DNA of 64,000 nt from a bacterium (lineage in GTDB: Bacteria > Patescibacteriota > Dojkabacteria > JAKAPS01 > JAJZLI01), in assembly GCA_021816845.1 (NCBI GenBank), contig JAKAWT010000001.1, positions 6,087-70,086 on the forward strand, read 5' to 3'. This document shows positions 60,645 to 64,000 of the stretch, piece after piece. Position numbers and translations under genes: made by a program. How positions within the stretch are numbered: position 1 is the stretch's first letter; each line of letters begins with the position of its first letter. The notes under the pieces are model-generated. The model was not told where the DNA came from, ran no database searches, and was given only the letters and a program-made list of their open reading frames with translations.

Positions 60645-61389
60645 TGTATTAAAATACAATGGTATAAATACTAATAATGCTCGGGACTACAGATTAATAC
60701 TACAATCTATAATCAAGAATAAAAAAATACAGGACTTAGAATATACTCTTTCACAAAATGAAGAGAGAGAGTTTATAAACCTAAAGAGTAGAATTGACAA
60801 TGATGAGCCAATAGAATACATATTAAACACTGCATATTTTAGGAATTATACTTTTTATGTTGATAATAATGTATTGATTCCACGTAAAGAAACCGAAACT
60901 ATAGTTCCTTATTTATCTTCATATAAATCTGTCCTTGATCTTGGGTGTGGGTCAGGTGCTGTTGGTATAACACTAAAAAAAGAATATAACAATATAAATG
61001 TAACAATGTCAGATATTTCACCTGAAGCAATAAAAATTGCCCGTAGGAATTCAAAAAATATAGATATTCAAATAATAAAGTCAGATCTTGTATCTAATAT
61101 TAATATATCAGAATTCGACTGTATATTTGCTAATCTACCTTATATAGACATTGATAAAAAAGATGAAGTAGTAAAATCTGTATATTCCTATGAACCTCAT
61201 ATTGCCCTTTTTGCAAAATCAAAGGGTCTCTTTTTAATTAATAAATTAATTCAAGAATTAAATAGAAAGAGATTTAAAGGATGTCTTTTTCTAGAACTAG
61301 ATCCATGGCAAATAAGATATATATCAAAAAATAAAGAAATTATAAAAGATCAATTTGGACAAAATAGATTTATCAAGATAGAATATTAA
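60628..61389 (+). CDS. prmC: Release factor glutamine methyltransferase
   Basis: EPIEYI, VLIPRKETE, DLGCGSG, NLPY, EPHIAL. Confidence 0.92.
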   Translation: MLKVIDVLKYNGINTNNARDYRLILQSIIKNKKIQDLEYTLSQNEEREFINLKSRIDNDEPIEYILNTAYFRNYTFYVDNNVLIPRKETETIVPYLSSYKSVLDLGCGSGAVGITLKKEYNNINVTMSDISPEAIKIARRNSKNIDIQIIKSDLVSNINISEFDCIFANLPYIDIDKKDEVVKSVYSYEPHIALFAKSKGLFLINKLIQELNRKRFKGCLFLELDPWQIRYISKNKEIIKDQFGQNRFIKIEY

Positions 61390-61401
61390 TAATACTTAAA
61401 A

Positions 61402-62523
61402 ATGAAAACTTTCATTATTAAACAAAAATATAAGAATCTAAACAAAGTAGAAATTAGTAAGAATAGTTTGATATCTAATTATAATTATTATCAAAATCTG
61501 TACCAAGATGTAAAGATTGCCCCAGTATTGAAAAGTAATGCTTACGGACACGGTATTTTAGAAATATCCAAAATTATAGATTCTCTAAATCCTCCTTTCA
61601 TAGTTGTTGATAGCTTGTATGAGGCATACAAATTACAGAATATAAAAATTAAAACTCCTATACTTATTACTGGATACACAATAAAAAATAATTTTAAATT
61701 TAGAAAAATTTCTAATATCAAATTATCCATTTATGATATTGACACACTAAAATATATACATAAAAACCAAAATAAAATAAATATACACATATTTATAGAT
61801 ACAGGAATGCACAGGGAAGGGATACAAATACAAGATGTCCCTAATTTTATAAATAGTATATCAGAGTATAAAAACCTTAAAATTGAGGGGATCATGAGTC
61901 ATTTAGCTGATGGGAATGATACTACTTTTTCAAAATACCAACTAGATAATTTTAAGATAGCAATAGATTTGTTTGAGAAGGCAGGATATAAGTTTAAATT
62001 TAAACATATAACTGCAACATATGGATTCATTAATAAAAATTTAGATTTTAACTTTTGTAATGTAGCAAGAATAGGTTTAGGGTTATATACACCACCAAAT
62101 TTAAAGATGAGAGAATACATAAGACCTGTATTATCATTAAAATCAACTTTGGTTCAAATTAAAAATATAAAACATAATGAATTCATTGGCTATGATAGGA
62201 CTTTTAGAGTAAGACGAAAGTATGGAATGAAAATTGGAATAGTATCAGCAGGTTATTTTGAGGGAGTTGATATAAATTTATCCAGTAAAGGATTCGTATT
62301 TTATAATGGTAAATTATGTAAAATTATAGGTAAAGTAAGTATGAATATATCAACTATAGATCTATCAAATATAAAAAATCCTAATATTGAGGATGAAATT
62401 ATAATTTACAGTAATAATTCTAAAGATAAAAATAGTATCCAAAATACATCAAAAATTACAAAACAGACTCAATATACTATTTTAACTCATATACAAGATT
62501 CTATTAAAAGAGAGATTATCTAA
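61402..62523 (+). CDS. alr: Alanine racemase
   Basis: VLKSNAYGHG, DTGMHREG, MSHLA, IGY, GKVSMN. Confidence 0.93.
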   Translation: MKTFIIKQKYKNLNKVEISKNSLISNYNYYQNLYQDVKIAPVLKSNAYGHGILEISKIIDSLNPPFIVVDSLYEAYKLQNIKIKTPILITGYTIKNNFKFRKISNIKLSIYDIDTLKYIHKNQNKINIHIFIDTGMHREGIQIQDVPNFINSISEYKNLKIEGIMSHLADGNDTTFSKYQLDNFKIAIDLFEKAGYKFKFKHITATYGFINKNLDFNFCNVARIGLGLYTPPNLKMREYIRPVLSLKSTLVQIKNIKHNEFIGYDRTFRVRRKYGMKIGIVSAGYFEGVDINLSSKGFVFYNGKLCKIIGKVSMNISTIDLSNIKNPNIEDEIIIYSNNSKDKNSIQNTSKITKQTQYTILTHIQDSIKREII

Positions 62524-62526
62524 ATT

Positions 62527-63738
62527 CTAAAGTAGGCTTATAGCTTTATTAAGTTGAGTATCTATGCCCTTGGAAAACTCTTTTGAGGAAAGGCTAACTT
62601 TTATATTTGGTATTATAGGATGCTGAGGTGTAATCCATCTGCCTGAAGGGAGTAACCAATGTTCTGTCGTCATTATAAGTAGAGATCCATTGGAAAATGT
62701 AAATACATTCTGAGCAGTACCCTTACCATAAGTATTCTCGCCAACTACAGTAGCTCTGTGATAGTATTGCATGGCACCTGTAAGAATTTCAGCTGCTGAG
62801 GCGGTTCCCCCATTTACAAGAATAACCATTGGAGTTGATTGTAGGGGACCTTGATAACTTGTATAAAATTCATTATATGTACCATTCCTATTTTGTTGTT
62901 TTGCTACAAGGGTGTTTGCAGGTAAAAACTCTCCTGCTGCATAAATTGCAGCTTCAAAAAAACCTCCTGGATTACCCCTTAGATCTAGTACTATCCCTTT
63001 AGGATGCATTGCTATAACTTGTCCCATCTTTTGCTTAAAATCATTCTCCCATTGAGTGAGAGAATTATCAGAAAATCTTAAAATCTCTATATCCACAATC
63101 CCATTTTGCAATTGTTTTATATAAATACTTGAGACATGCACAGACTCTCTATCTAATTTATATGTCACAACACTACCTGTATCTGTTTTTAATGTGAGCG
63201 TTATAGGAGTCCCCTGTTTACCACGAACAACAGTAACTACATTATTTATGTTAGAAACTCCACTAGTTTTACCATTTATACTAACTATGGTATCACCTAC
63301 CGCTATTCCAGCCTTCTTGGCTGGAGTATTTGGTAGTACCTGTTCTATTGTTACTTGGCCATTTTTGTTATATCCAAGAGATACCCCAATACCGGCAAAA
63401 GAATTCCCAGAAACTGCTTTATAATAAAGTTGTGCTTGACTTGGATCATAAAAAACAGTATGTGGATCTCCTAGTGACGACACCATGCCAGATATGGCAC
63501 CATAATCTAGAGATACATTTGATACATTAGGATAAAAGTATTGTGTATGAATCAGATTCCATACATTATTGAAAAGACTAGAATTTACACCATTGGAAGA
63601 TAATCCTTGAGAAACTGCAGAAACCGGTACATATGATGTTTGAGGAAAATTTTCCCCCACCCAGTATCCTATAGCTACAGCAATTATCAAAGCTAAAATA
63701 ATATTTAAATGTTTCTGGTTGAAAAAATTACGCATCAT
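62527..63738 (-). CDS. S41 family C-terminal processing protease (CtpA-like) with PDZ
   Basis: LGDPHT, GIGV, DLRGNPGG, TASAAEI, GENTYGKG. Confidence 0.93.
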   Translation of the reverse strand: MMRNFFNQKHLNIILALIIAVAIGYWVGENFPQTSYVPVSAVSQGLSSNGVNSSLFNNVWNLIHTQYFYPNVSNVSLDYGAISGMVSSLGDPHTVFYDPSQAQLYYKAVSGNSFAGIGVSLGYNKNGQVTIEQVLPNTPAKKAGIAVGDTIVSINGKTSGVSNINNVVTVVRGKQGTPITLTLKTDTGSVVTYKLDRESVHVSSIYIKQLQNGIVDIEILRFSDNSLTQWENDFKQKMGQVIAMHPKGIVLDLRGNPGGFFEAAIYAAGEFLPANTLVAKQQNRNGTYNEFYTSYQGPLQSTPMVILVNGGTASAAEILTGAMQYYHRATVVGENTYGKGTAQNVFTFSNGSLLIMTTEHWLLPSGRWITPQHPIIPNIKVSLSSKEFSKGIDTQLNKAISLL

Positions 63739-63998
63739 TATATTATACCAATAACATCATCTGATTGCACACTAACCTCTACATTTGAATCTAGTAGTAC
63801 ATTTATATTAGATACATCTGGATTCACATTAACAACTTTGCCAGAGTATCCCCAATATGGTAGAGCAAAAATTTGGACGATATCATTAACATTCACTTTC
63901 CTTATATATGCAGATTTAACATCTTCTGCAGAGACTTTATCTGGTATAATAATAGAATTTGTTTCATTCTCTATTAATATTTGTTTTTTTTCAAAATT
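63738..63998 (-). CDS. C-terminal part of a hypothetical protein with KOW-like tail (5'-truncated by the window edge)
   Basis: Open frame ...NDIVQIFALPYWGYSGKVVNV...VIGII*; its TAA overlaps the ATG of the protease gene. Confidence 0.65.
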   Translation of the reverse strand, partial: NFEKKQILIENETNSIIIPDKVSAEDVKSAYIRKVNVNDIVQIFALPYWGYSGKVVNVNPDVSNINVLLDSNVEVSVQSDDVIGII

Positions 63999-64000
63999 TT

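Noticed and set aside
479-63530. Short opposite-strand or nested ORFs in the track (e.g. 479..787, 4769..5215, 13971..14369, 20247..20621, 35198..35431, 59888..60232)
   Set aside because: They are shadows of well-supported genes on the other strand or in another frame, with no motifs of their own.
1-64000. Genome-wide TGA=Gly recoding (genetic code 25)
   Set aside because: RF2 is intact (SPF and GGQ motifs), core genes such as serS, dnaB and recJ end at TGA at their expected lengths, and long core ORFs contain no internal TGA.

Overview
Very AT-rich bacterial chromosome segment. Its gene content points to Patescibacteria/CPR (Microgenomates/WWE3/Dojkabacteria-like by inference): alpha2-type glyQS, DUF4012 and sugar-transferase glycan cluster, stand-alone VirB4/TraD-like ATPase, secA-greA-tsaDBE, ftsEX, prfB, recJ-recA-dnaB, rpmE-prfA-prmC-alr and a tRNA-Glu(CTC). 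The main signals not explained by the gene list are these. (1) A complete type III hammerhead ribozyme fold (28235-28287, minus strand) lies directly after a 50-nt hairpin at the 3' end of an egghead-like GT2 + GH113 lipoprotein operon, in an SD-led accessory island. (2) A dispersed family of 15-bp-period palindromic mini-repeats (GGATC-TA-GATCC-NNN) sits in frame, in multiples of about 5 codons, in core genes (tsaD, tsaB, tsaE, recJ, glycosyltransferases, DUF4012). (3) There is an orphan four-His cytochrome b module with no Rieske or cytochrome c partner in the window. (4) Two genes are interrupted by a single in-frame TGA, one at a conserved Gly. (5) Many genes have leaderless-type starts, against a few strong SD genes. 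All calls come from reading motifs by eye; no searches were run.
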